Of a stretch of DNA of 64,000 nucleotides, positions 28,294-37,700 are shown in pieces (the stretch's first letter is position 1; each line of letters opens with the position of its first letter). The translations under genes and the position numbers were made by a program. The stretch spans positions 21,193 to 85,192 of the forward strand of contig JAKCEX010000001.1 of the NCBI GenBank assembly GCA_023539395.1, in the 5' to 3' direction. Source of the stretch: Candidatus Geocrenenecus arthurdayi (GTDB taxonomy: Archaea; Thermoproteota; Nitrososphaeria_A; Caldarchaeales; Wolframiiraptoraceae). Below the pieces are notes generated by a model. It was not told where the DNA came from, did not search any database, and was given only the letters and a program-made list of their open reading frames with translations.

Positions 28294-29367
28294 TTGAGCC
28301 TACCTGAAAATGTTGTAAAGAATATCTTAGGGATTAAGAAGAAATATTTTGAATATAGAAGTAGTAGGGAAGGTGAAGAATTTGAGAGAGAAAGGAGGAA
28401 ACATGAAGGAGAAGTTAAGAAGATACTTAGCAGGGAAGTATTGAGGAATCTTGATGAAACGAGTCTTCTAACATTAGCTAATAATCTTTATGCATTTATG
28501 TGGTGGACTAAGAAAGAATGGTTAGTGGATTATTGGATCAAAGGAGCTGGTGGAATTGAAAAGTTAAGAGAGAGCCTTGAAAAGTTACTCTATTCAGATC
28601 GTAGTCTAGTTGATAGATTTGACTCATTTCGCAAAAATGTTAAGGGAGTTGGTGTAGCAATGATTACTGAAATGCTGGCGTACTTTAACCCAAAAATATA
28701 CGGGATATGGAATAAGAAAGTCAAGAAGGCTTTACTAAAGCTGGGAATAACTCAAACCGGAGAATCATTCAATATCAACAAGATAAGCATTAATAAGCTT
28801 ACTGGAGAACAATATGAGGCAATAATAGAAACACTTAAAGAAATAGCCAAACTATTAAGAGATGATAAATATCTTCCAGATCCAGACTTACTTGATGTAC
28901 ACTACTTCCTATTCTATTTTACAGAAATTTTAACTCCTGAAGGTGATTCTGAGGATGAGGAATACGGCCATGAAGATGTTGTTAATATGATACTAGAGAT
29001 CGGGAAGGGGCTGGGCTTCGATGTTTTAAGAGAAGTTCCATTAGCAATCGGAACAAGAGTAGATGCTATATGGTCTGCGAGGATAGGTAATCTAGGAGAA
29101 TTAAAGTATGTATTTGAAGTTCATATTAAAGGTGATATCAACTCACTCTTAGTTAACTTGATGAAGGCCTCTCAAGATCCTACTGTTCAGAAAATTGTAG
29201 CAGTAGCAGTTGAGAATGAACTAGAAAGAATAAAGAGAGAAGCTTCTACTCTCAGGGCACTTTCAGATAAAATGTTATACTGGGATATTCGAGAAGTCAG
29301 TAAAGTCCATGAATTAATTGAAGAATTAATGAGTATTATGCAGAGACTTGGTCTAACTAAGATTTGA
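28294..29367 (+). CDS. Hypothetical protein with a C-terminal PD-(D/E)xK (Hjc/NucS/RecB-like) nuclease domain.
   Basis: The C-terminal 130 aa read E(DVVNMILE)...GFDV...VDAIW...FEVHIKGD, matching the E/D/ExK pattern of Hjc/NucS-type nucleases. The N-terminal domain of about 230 aa is unrecognised. It contains an HhH-like GVGVAMITEMLAYFNP segment. The start is a TTG in the ORF track. Confidence 0.4.
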   Translation: MSLPENVVKNILGIKKKYFEYRSSREGEEFERERRKHEGEVKKILSREVLRNLDETSLLTLANNLYAFMWWTKKEWLVDYWIKGAGGIEKLRESLEKLLYSDRSLVDRFDSFRKNVKGVGVAMITEMLAYFNPKIYGIWNKKVKKALLKLGITQTGESFNINKISINKLTGEQYEAIIETLKEIAKLLRDDKYLPDPDLLDVHYFLFYFTEILTPEGDSEDEEYGHEDVVNMILEIGKGLGFDVLREVPLAIGTRVDAIWSARIGNLGELKYVFEVHIKGDINSLLVNLMKASQDPTVQKIVAVAVENELERIKREASTLRALSDKMLYWDIREVSKVHELIEELMSIMQRLGLTKI

Positions 29368-29384
29368 ATAAAGCCTAGTCTTTT

Positions 29385-30521
29385 TCATCCGATTACTAGT
29401 TTTTCTTGGATTAGTTTATTTTCTCTGAATCTTGTTGGTAGGAATGGTTTCATCAGTTCAGGTATTTTCCCTGTTAGTATGTTTTCTGCTAGTAGTTCTC
29501 CTACTAGTGGAGCCATCATGAATCCATGTCCACTGTATCCGTAAGCTACGTATAGTCCTTCAGGCCATTCTGGTCCTCTACCCATAATATGGCTATTATC
29601 AGCAGACATCATGTAGTAGCCTGCCCAAGTCCTCATTACTCTAGCATTCTTGAGGATAGGAATCCTCTTGGTTATTGCTCTAGCCCATTTAATTACGAAT
29701 TCAAGCTTAGTCTCTAATTTTATTAATCCTGGTGGAGTTGGATAATCTATGGAGCCTAGGATCTCTCCTTTAAGAGTTTGACCTACATAAGCTCCTGAGC
29801 CCATATCTATGATTAGGGGGTCGATAAAGTAATGGTATGGCTCAGTCAGGCAGACTTCTTTCCTTAATGGTTCTGTAGGAAGATGTATACCTATTTTCTC
29901 TAGTAATTCATTAGTCCAAGCACCAGCTGCCAGAACTACAACGTCTACATCTACTAATCCGCTCATAGTCTTTAATTGTTTAACTTTGTTATCTGAAACA
30001 ATTATCTCATTTACAGGAGTGAATTCGTGGAATATTACTCCGAGCTTTTTTGCTAGGGAATAGTATCCGAAGCAGACATAATCATGGTGTAAACTACCAT
30101 CTTGCGGTCCATAGAAGCCTCCTAGAACATCATCAACATTTATGTATGGATATCTTTCTCTAATATCCTCAGGCTCCAAGAAGATTCCCTGAACACCAAG
30201 CTTACTCCACATCTTGTTAGTTTCTTTAAATCTCTCTATTTGATGCTCATTAAATAGAAGCCATAGGTATCCCCCACGATATATTATCGGGTTCCACTCC
30301 ATTTTACCTGCAAGCTTCTCAAGTCTCTTAATAGATTCTATGGCGAATCTACTATTCTCCTCTGTCCAGAAGTGTACTCGGAATCTAGCCCCAGACCTCG
30401 TACTCGACCCATACATTATCCAATTCTTTTCAAATAAATGTATCTCTCCAGCACTTCTTACAGCTAGGTTATAAGCTATTGATAATCCACTTACTCCTCC
30501 ACCTACAATTGCAATCTTCAT
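29385..30521 (-). CDS. FAD-dependent oxidoreductase of the DAO family (sarcosine oxidase beta, proline dehydrogenase beta or HcnC-like).
   Basis: 378 aa. The FAD site is IAIVGGGVSG. Confidence 0.65.
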   Translation of the reverse strand: MKIAIVGGGVSGLSIAYNLAVRSAGEIHLFEKNWIMYGSSTRSGARFRVHFWTEENSRFAIESIKRLEKLAGKMEWNPIIYRGGYLWLLFNEHQIERFKETNKMWSKLGVQGIFLEPEDIRERYPYINVDDVLGGFYGPQDGSLHHDYVCFGYYSLAKKLGVIFHEFTPVNEIIVSDNKVKQLKTMSGLVDVDVVVLAAGAWTNELLEKIGIHLPTEPLRKEVCLTEPYHYFIDPLIIDMGSGAYVGQTLKGEILGSIDYPTPPGLIKLETKLEFVIKWARAITKRIPILKNARVMRTWAGYYMMSADNSHIMGRGPEWPEGLYVAYGYSGHGFMMAPLVGELLAENILTGKIPELMKPFLPTRFRENKLIQEKLVIG

Positions 30522-32305
30522 CCTCCTTCTCCTCCAGCCAGGACGTGTAAAGGTATGGGGGTAGTTGGTGCTCTAGCCTTTGTTAATCCAACTTGGTTAG
30601 GGTCTAGGTTGGAGAGGTATGAAACGTATAGTGCAGAATTAACCATGCATAATCTTCCCTGGCATCTTCCAGTACAAACACCTAAGCTTCTCTTAACCAA
30701 TTCAAGTGTTCTGTATCCTTTTTCGTAAACTGTTCTTGAAATATCCTTAGTGGTTACGTCTTCGCAGAAGCATATGAATGCATCTCTCCTTGGTTTCTCA
30801 ATGAAGAGTGTGGGTGGATAAGAAAATGATGTATTCTCTATTAATCCGCTTATTGAAATCTCAAAGATTTTATTCTTCCATTCCAGATTCATCTCACTCA
30901 ACTTTAATCTATACTCTCTAATTTTCTCTTCCATAAGTGGTTCAGCATCTTTTACTCCCAGCTTATATGCTACTGATAAAGCAGCTATCTCTCCTTCAAT
31001 TAAGTGTAGTATACTGTAGGGTGAGCCTGAAACACCTCCAGCTATGAAGATGTTATCTTTTAGATGCATATATTCATCATGGATTGGGATGAACCCAACA
31101 TTATCTAAAAATACTATCTTGGAATCAAGCTGATTTAGAATCCTTACATCTGGAGTAGAGAAGGCGGAGCATGCTATGAAGTCTACTTTCACTTCATCTC
31201 TTCCATTATCATGTATTATATTCACTCTTTCAACACATGTTTTTCCAGAAGCTTGAATCTCCTTCACACTACCTACATATTCTCCAATCTTTGATAAGTC
31301 ATACCTCACTTCTTCGGGTTTTGAATGGCTTACTAATACAATGTCTATACCCAGCCGTTTCAATTGTTCTGCAATTCTTAAACTATTTTGAGAAAGACCT
31401 ATTATCAAGCCTCTTCTCCCTGGCTCTACTCCATAGTAGTTAACCATCTCTAAAACAGTTGAACCTGAGAAGACTCCTGGAAGGTCATTATTTCTAAATA
31501 TGCAGGGTACGTCAACTAACCCAGTAGCAATAATGTATGCTTTAGCTTTCAGAACGTAGAGAACCTTATCATACTCAGAGTATGCTGTAGGATGATCTTC
31601 AAAAAACCCCGTAAAAACAGTTCTAGTAAGAATACTAACATTCCCGCTTGCATTAACCTTATTTAGAAGATCTTGTAGGAGATTCTCTCTAGGCATGGAT
31701 ATTCCTGGAATATCCATATGGTCATACCTCATTCTGCCACCAAGAGCTGGAGAATCATCTATTAAGAGAACCCTCAACCCTAGCTTGCTAGTAGTATACG
31801 TTGCTACTAATCCTGATAATCCTCCTCCAACGACAACAACATCTGATTTAACTTCAAGTATCCTACCAGTCTTCTCTGCTTCTATATCTCCTATTCTCGG
31901 ATGATTTGCCAACTTCTTTATTTTATCCGCAGCTAAACTCCATAGAATCTTATTCTTCAATAATCTTCTATGCTGAAAGTATCCATCTAAGAGAGGCGTG
32001 AAAAGCTTTACCAAGAATGGTACTGAGAGGTCAACATGTGCTTCTTGACCTTCTTGACAGAAGACTTCGCATGGATTTACATATTCGCTTCCAACCCTAG
32101 TTAAGACCAACCTATCCTGAGGGCTTAGACTATAGAACCCCCTCACTCTGTACAGCTTCTTACTCCTACTAAGTACTTTAAACCCATTATGGTAAAGTGC
32201 TATAGAAACTGGCTCAAGAGTATAACCCTCAACACCTACACCACGAAAAAAGATACGAACCCTACTACCTCTCCTCTCCTGAATAGTGTCACCAAATAGA
32301 CTCAT
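30518..32305 (-). CDS. FAD/NAD(P)-binding oxidoreductase alpha subunit (sarcosine oxidase alpha, HcnB or proline dehydrogenase alpha-like) with a BFD-like [2Fe-2S] domain.
   Basis: 595 aa. The Rossmann is VVVVGGGLSG and the C-terminal Cys cluster is CFCEDV...CTGRCQGRLC. It overlaps the beta-subunit gene by 4 nt. Confidence 0.55.
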   Translation of the reverse strand: MSLFGDTIQERRGSRVRIFFRGVGVEGYTLEPVSIALYHNGFKVLSRSKKLYRVRGFYSLSPQDRLVLTRVGSEYVNPCEVFCQEGQEAHVDLSVPFLVKLFTPLLDGYFQHRRLLKNKILWSLAADKIKKLANHPRIGDIEAEKTGRILEVKSDVVVVGGGLSGLVATYTTSKLGLRVLLIDDSPALGGRMRYDHMDIPGISMPRENLLQDLLNKVNASGNVSILTRTVFTGFFEDHPTAYSEYDKVLYVLKAKAYIIATGLVDVPCIFRNNDLPGVFSGSTVLEMVNYYGVEPGRRGLIIGLSQNSLRIAEQLKRLGIDIVLVSHSKPEEVRYDLSKIGEYVGSVKEIQASGKTCVERVNIIHDNGRDEVKVDFIACSAFSTPDVRILNQLDSKIVFLDNVGFIPIHDEYMHLKDNIFIAGGVSGSPYSILHLIEGEIAALSVAYKLGVKDAEPLMEEKIREYRLKLSEMNLEWKNKIFEISISGLIENTSFSYPPTLFIEKPRRDAFICFCEDVTTKDISRTVYEKGYRTLELVKRSLGVCTGRCQGRLCMVNSALYVSYLSNLDPNQVGLTKARAPTTPIPLHVLAGGEGG

Positions 32306-32586
32306 GATAATTCAACATAAAAATAATCTGGAGCTCAATTTAAATATTAGAAATGATAATCTTATCATTTTTTGCTACACACTATTTCTCTTCTGCTTCA
32401 AACAGCCAGCAAGAGATTTAATAGAATTCTCCAAGATTATAATATTCACTAACGATAGAGAGATAGTAATAGGTATGGAGAGACAATATTGTGTTAGGAT
32501 ATGCAGGTCTCATTTAAGTTAATGACTTAGAAAAATCCATAATCCAGAGAGTACACTAGCTCCAATTATTCTAATTAGCACAATAA

Positions 32587-32661
32587 TGCCGGGGGTGGGA
32601 TTTGAACCCACGACAACGGGATTATGAGCCCCGCACTCTAACCAGGCTGAGTTACCCCGGC
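32587..32661 (-). tRNA. tRNA-Met(CAT), elongator type.
   Basis: The reverse complement folds with acceptor gccgggg/ccccggc, a G1:C72 pair, anticodon loop ctCATaa and T loop ttcaaat. Confidence 0.75.
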
Positions 32662-33253
32662 ACACGTAGCTCTGACTATCTTACTATCTATTGTTGTAAG
32701 ACGAATATATAAACTCTCTAAACATTATTTCATCAAAAATAGAGCAAAACATTAAATGAATCTCAATTTGGATTATGTTTAGCTGGTCTATTAATCTACA
32801 GGATTCAGGGGGTGCGAAACTATCATTATGCTTACGTAAGTATACTTAGAAGCGTACATAGTAATCGTATGGGTGTGGTAGATAGTAGATGTCTTGTAGG
32901 TTGTGGAAATCATATGAGAATAAAAGTTCTCAGGACAGACGAGTTAGTCATGGTTAGAGAAGTTAAAAGTAGTACCCTACTCATCTCTAAAGGCGATGGG
33001 AAAATATTTACGAAAACATTCTAGAGTTAGAGAAACGGGTTCTATGAAGGATATATTAGCGAAGCAGAAGGTTCCTTAAAGCATTAATCGGAGGCAAACA
33101 CTAGAAGTTACAGGTGAAGATTATCAAAGCGTTAGAAATAGTTCCTGTGCAATAGTATTAATCAAAACAGATAACCAGTAGACCTACTGTTAAAATAGAT
33201 GATAATGACATGATGCTCTTAGCATACACGTTGATAGGATCTAGAAAGAAGAA

Positions 33254-33343
33254 TGGGCCGGGTGGGATTCGAACCCACGTCCTCCGCCGTTTCCTTGACA
33301 ATCTCCTGTAAGGGCGGCGTCATAACCTCTAGACTACCGGCCC
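33254..33343 (-). tRNA. tRNA-Val(TAC) with an intron of about 17 nt at position 37/38.
   Basis: The acceptor is gggccgg/ccggccc. The anticodon loop reads cttaca|intron|c between the stem halves ccgcc/ggcgg. The T loop is ttcgaat. Confidence 0.65.
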
Positions 33344-33548
33344 AGTAACCTCTAGAAAATGTTTTCACTTAATTTATAGGTTTTTCTCTCTGTAAATCAT
33401 TAATGATGAAATAGTTTCTAAATAGTTACTTAAAATATTTTCTAACCAAGATTACATATTTAGAGCCTTTGATAAGGATATTTGTTTAATGTAGTGTTCT
33501 CTTAGAAGCTACTGAAGCGGGTGTCAAGAGAATGAAGAAAGCTTGTAA

Positions 33549-33674
33549 TGCGGGGGGTGGGATTCGAACCCACGAACCCCTTCGGGATTCCCCTCTAGAT
33601 GCGTTCAGGGGTTCTCATCCAGTGTGAGGTGGATCCTGAGCCCTGCGCCTTTGACCTGGCTTGGCTACCCCCGC
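33549..33674 (-). tRNA. tRNA-Leu(CAG) with two putative introns (one in the anticodon loop, one in the variable-arm region).
   Basis: 126 nt in total. The acceptor is gcggggg/cccccgc, the D arm is GCC...GGC (Ser/Leu-like) and the anticodon stem is caggg/ccctg with loop ctCAGg. About 22 nt are inserted 3' of the anticodon. A further insert of about 17 nt precedes a cccgaaggg variable-arm hairpin. The exact intron boundaries are not resolved by eye. Confidence 0.5.
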
Positions 33675-33751
33675 ATACAGCCTACTCTATACTTCTAGAG
33701 TGTTATTAGTTATAAATTTTGTAGAAGTTAGAGCTTCAGAGCTTTTTAATA

Positions 33752-34735
33752 TTATTCTTCGATTTCTTTCTTTACTCCTCCCTTCATTATAGAGAGGATT
33801 ATCGCTGCTCCTAGAACTGTGAATACTATTGATATTGATAGCCATACTGGTATAGTGATAAACTGTGTAACAAATATCTTAATCCCCAAGAATACTAGTA
33901 TTCCTGCTAGAGCTGGTCCAACATACTTAAATCTAAACATCGTGATTGCTATGAGGAAGTATAATGCTCTCAGCCCGAGGATTGCAGAAATGTTGGAAGT
34001 ATATGCTAGGAAGAAGTTCATCGTAATAGCTATTACGGCTGGGACAGAATCAAATGCAAATATTATATCGGAGGTTTCAATTGCTAGAAGTGCAAGTATA
34101 AGTGGGGTAAACAATAGTTTTCCATCTTGTTTTGAGCGAACGATAAACTTAGCACCATCATAATAGTCGGCCATAGGTAGGAATCTCTGAGCAAATTTTA
34201 CAACAGGGTTTCTCGTAGGATCTACTCTTACTTCTCCAGCTCTTAACAGTTTGTATCCAGAGTATATTAAGACTGCTCCGAAGATGTATATTGTCCAGTG
34301 GAATTGTTCTATTAGCCATAATCCACCAGCTATGAATGTAGCTCTGAGAATTATTGCTGTAAGTATTCCTACGTATAGTACGATTGGCTGTGCCCGCAGC
34401 GGGACTGAGAAGTAGCTGAAGATTACCGCGAAAACAAATAAGTTATCCATGCTTAAACATTTCTCAACGACAAATGCTGCATAATATAATCCTAAAGCTT
34501 CTAGCCCTTTTTCAGGACCTGTGAACCAGTATACAAATACCCCCCATGCAAGCCCAACAGCTATCCATAGAGCAGACCATGCTCCAGCCTCCTTATAAGT
34601 CATTGCATGCTTCCTTCTAACCCCTGCTAGCAGATCTATCGCTATGAAGACTATAATGACTGCATGGTATAGTTCCCAGAACCACATCGGTACTTGTATC
34701 TCGATATGGTGAGGAATAGTTGTAACTTCAACCAT
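33752..34735 (-). CDS. terC: TerC-family integral membrane protein.
   Basis: It has the EKCLSMDNLFVFA signature and about 8-9 TM helices. Confidence 0.7.
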   Translation of the reverse strand: MVEVTTIPHHIEIQVPMWFWELYHAVIIVFIAIDLLAGVRRKHAMTYKEAGAWSALWIAVGLAWGVFVYWFTGPEKGLEALGLYYAAFVVEKCLSMDNLFVFAVIFSYFSVPLRAQPIVLYVGILTAIILRATFIAGGLWLIEQFHWTIYIFGAVLIYSGYKLLRAGEVRVDPTRNPVVKFAQRFLPMADYYDGAKFIVRSKQDGKLLFTPLILALLAIETSDIIFAFDSVPAVIAITMNFFLAYTSNISAILGLRALYFLIAITMFRFKYVGPALAGILVFLGIKIFVTQFITIPVWLSISIVFTVLGAAIILSIMKGGVKKEIEE

Positions 34736-34774
34736 ACATACTTCAATGAAAAAAATATTCAGCGGATTAAAAAC

Positions 34775-34791
34775 GTTTTCATGGAAAAATT
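34775..34791 (-). promoter_or_regulatory. Conserved TTTyACATGGAAAA element abutting the TATA box of the terC promoter.
   Basis: The sequence gttttcatggaaaaatt sits directly 5' (on the coding strand) of a tttttaat TATA-like box about 27 nt before the terC ATG. This is a leaderless-type architecture. Confidence 0.45.
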
Positions 34792-34796
34792 GGTCT

Positions 34797-34874
34797 TGTC
34801 AACTTTTATTTAGGGTTTTTCTTTTTATTTCTATGGCTTGGTTTCTATTTTGATTTCTTATGCAATTATTTGAC
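34797..34874. repeat. Copy A of a duplicated intergenic element of about 77 nt.
   Basis: tgtcaacttttatttagggtttttctttttatttctatggcttggtttctattttgatttcttatgcaattatttgac. It lies in the divergent terC/CPBP intergenic region. Confidence 0.6.
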
Positions 34875-34951
34875 TAAATCTTCAATAGAAATATCTCGAC
34901 TTTCTATTTAGTTATTCACAGAGAGGATGTGTAGGAAAAATTATTATTTTC

Positions 34952-35722
34952 GTGATCCATCTTCTATTCGAATTGAGTCTAAGAGAAGAGAATAGATCAC
35001 TATTCTGGTTTTGGCTTACACCTATTCTAGTCATGCTAAGTATTAGGTTACCTTGGCTTCTAATCGCGGGACCGGAGAGATTCTTCATTCCACCTAGTGA
35101 GTTTGAGTTTTACGTTGGTCAATCGCTTAAATACTTCTCTATTTTATTTACGATGATATTGATCATCATTAGATTAGGAATAAGTTTGAAAGATATAGGT
35201 TTTGGCTCAGGTTTAAGGGTAATGTTAAGCGAGATCCTTACTGGCGGTGTTTTTGCATTATTCTATATCTTATTGACTTGGATTCTTTCGATATTCTTCA
35301 TCCAGTTTATGCCTGAGCAGGTTGAACAAGTAACATTCAGCATCCTGTATGGATACATTATACCCATGGATAAAGCTTTAGAGTTTGCGTACATGCTTAA
35401 CCCATGGGTTTACGCATTCTACATGACGATAATACCGAGCGTTATCGAAGAAACATATTTCAGAGGGTACTCTATAAACATCTTAAAGAGGATTTTTAAG
35501 AATCTATGGATTGTGAATCTCCTCCAAACAATTTTGTTTTCATTCCTCCACTGGTATAGAGGAATACTTGCAGGGATACTCCCAATGTTTCTCTTCGGAT
35601 TCCTCTTCGGCTTCGTAACGATAAGAAACGGCTACAGGCTCACATCAGCATTAACAGGACACCTAGCTACAAATGCTCTAAGCACATTCCTCTATCTGAG
35701 AGGCTTACAGACAGCCAGCTAG
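34952..35722 (+). CDS. CPBP-family intramembrane glutamic metalloprotease (CAAX protease-like).
   Basis: The EETYFRG and FSFLH motifs are present in a multi-TM protein. Confidence 0.7.
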   Translation: MIHLLFELSLREENRSLFWFWLTPILVMLSIRLPWLLIAGPERFFIPPSEFEFYVGQSLKYFSILFTMILIIIRLGISLKDIGFGSGLRVMLSEILTGGVFALFYILLTWILSIFFIQFMPEQVEQVTFSILYGYIIPMDKALEFAYMLNPWVYAFYMTIIPSVIEETYFRGYSINILKRIFKNLWIVNLLQTILFSFLHWYRGILAGILPMFLFGFLFGFVTIRNGYRLTSALTGHLATNALSTFLYLRGLQTAS

Positions 35723-35809
35723 CATCTCTCTACAAGATAAAATTTTTTCAATAATTCTTTGGTTGAAATACTCATACGTAAAAAAAAGAAGAGGAGGTGT
35801 TTTGTGGAT

Positions 35810-37174
35810 TTATTCAGCTAGTGGCGGTGTGAAGAATATTCCTCCCCAGAGTAGCCATACTAGGAATAGCGCGAAGACTATGTTTATACATTGAGCGATT
35901 ACATATGCGACGGCGGGTCTACCCCTGCCTATAGCCACTAAGTCTTTGAACCTGGTATCGAGCCCTATACCAACGAATGCCAATGGGAAGAAGACTATGG
36001 TTCTATATTTATCTACTGCTCCCTGCCAGAACTTTACGACGAAGTCGGATTTGGCTTTAGCTAAGGATAATCCTGTTGCTGCTGCAATCGATGAAATGAC
36101 GATTGTTACAAGTATGCTAGCGACTATGAATCCTAGAATGAACTTGGGGAATCTATACCATACCTCCATCGGACTGACACGTTCTTCTGGTTTCTTTTCC
36201 ACTCTGAATACCCAGTAGATAGCTATTATGAATGCTATGAAGCCTATCAAGATATTCTGAGCCATCTTAACGATTGCGGCTACGTCAAGTGCTCGTCCAC
36301 CGAGGAAACCTCCAGCTGCGACTACAGCTGGTGTCGTATCAATTGTTGCACCGATCCATGCTCCTCCAACGTGGAGCCAGTATTTCCCTAATGCTGGAGC
36401 TAGAGCTTTAACAAGGTAAGGTAATCCGATAAGCATTGGTATAGATGTTAATAAGACCATTGAGACCGTGTAGCTTATGTACTTTGGATTTCCTTTAACC
36501 GCTCCCCCGGCAGCTATCGCTGCTGACACTCCACAGATAGATACTCCTGAAGCCATTATGCTTGAGAATTCTCTGTCCAGTCCGAAGCCTCTACAGATAT
36601 AGTATGCAGCATACCATATTACTAGAACGTTGATCACTGCTTGGACTACTGCTAAGCCTCCAGCAACTACAAGGTCTGTAAAGAATATGCCGAGCCCTAA
36701 GATTACGAGACCGGTCTTTATAAAGAACTCTGTCCTTACTGCTGGCTTGAGCCATTTTGGAACACCGACCGTATTGCTGATTAATAGACCAACTATCAAA
36801 GCCCACAATGGGTATTCGAGCCCATAGGCTTTAGCAAAAGGCGTAGCACCGATCATTACCGCTATCCATGCTAGTATGAACACTACTATGTAGCCGGGAA
36901 TGTATTCCTTGACGAACCTTCCCTCGATAGCGCATACACCTATCATTGTTAGAATTAATGTAAAGATGAACACTGCTATCCATCCAAGCCCATGCTCCAC
37001 ATCTATGGCTAGCTTCTCGATTTTCGCATACCATCCCGTCCATGGCTGTAGGAATGGTTGCGCTGTCCACCCAGTTGCTGCTGCAGCTGCTAGACCGATT
37101 AGGATTATTATAAAGCCGACCCAGACCGCCCACCAATCTTCTTTCTTCCATAGACTAGACCAGTCTACAGGCAT
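35810..37174 (-). CDS. YeiH/UPF0324-family membrane protein (putative sulfate or anion exporter family).
   Basis: It matches YeiH across the ASGVSICGVSAAIAAGG region (E. coli AGSSICGAAA) and has about 10 TM helices. The ORF track begins with TTG at 37198, so the likely ATG is at 37174 (MPVDWSS). Confidence 0.6.
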   Translation of the reverse strand: MPVDWSSLWKKEDWWAVWVGFIIILIGLAAAAATGWTAQPFLQPWTGWYAKIEKLAIDVEHGLGWIAVFIFTLILTMIGVCAIEGRFVKEYIPGYIVVFILAWIAVMIGATPFAKAYGLEYPLWALIVGLLISNTVGVPKWLKPAVRTEFFIKTGLVILGLGIFFTDLVVAGGLAVVQAVINVLVIWYAAYYICRGFGLDREFSSIMASGVSICGVSAAIAAGGAVKGNPKYISYTVSMVLLTSIPMLIGLPYLVKALAPALGKYWLHVGGAWIGATIDTTPAVVAAGGFLGGRALDVAAIVKMAQNILIGFIAFIIAIYWVFRVEKKPEERVSPMEVWYRFPKFILGFIVASILVTIVISSIAAATGLSLAKAKSDFVVKFWQGAVDKYRTIVFFPLAFVGIGLDTRFKDLVAIGRGRPAVAYVIAQCINIVFALFLVWLLWGGIFFTPPLAE

Positions 37175-37213
37175 ATAGGTCAAAAGTAAGTAATTCAAGA
37201 AGGTTTATATCCT

Positions 37214-37229
37214 TTTACATGGAAAAAAT
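37214..37229 (-). promoter_or_regulatory. Conserved TTTyACATGGAAAA element abutting the TATA box of the yeiH-like promoter.
   Basis: The sequence ttttacatggaaaaaa is followed (on the coding strand) by atataaa and about 28 nt to the ATG at 37174. Confidence 0.45.
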
Positions 37230-37700
37230 GCTAACCTTAAAAACAAGTTTTAAAAGGTTTCCAAAAGCCCTAATGATTAACCAACCTAGACGGAAATCCA
37301 ACTCAAAAAATCAAATATCTGGTAGACCATGTAATACTGGCATGACTAGTGTAGAAAACACGAGCATAGTTCTTCCACATAGATCGCATTAAAGAACACG
37401 ATAGTAAGGGAGGGTGATGGTAATAGAAGAGTTGTCATAAGAAATATCCTTGGACACTACCTTGGAAAAGAGAGTAGCAAAGAGTATTTGAACAAATATC
37501 CAACGGCTCTAAGTGGATTGAGAGAATGCGGTCTGGTTAGGCTTAACTCTCCTAAGCACATTATTCATGATCTGATTAATGGCACACTACAAAAATTATC
37601 GTACCATTGGCTATAACTCCGACCTAATCATCCGATTACTCTTAATTCTATTTTTAGAAAGCTAATGTAATGTTTATATGATTAATAGCTTCATCTTGAA

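Noticed and set aside
32812-33024. 70-aa ORF between tRNA-Met and tRNA-Val. Its C-terminal 36 aa (MRIKVLRTDELVMVREVKSSTLLISKGDGKIF) faintly resemble an AbrB/SpoVT swapped-hairpin domain.
   Set aside because: The resemblance is weak, with no GR.IP core. The ORF needs a non-ATG start for full length and there is no ribosome-binding or promoter context. It is not a feature, but a homology search would settle it.
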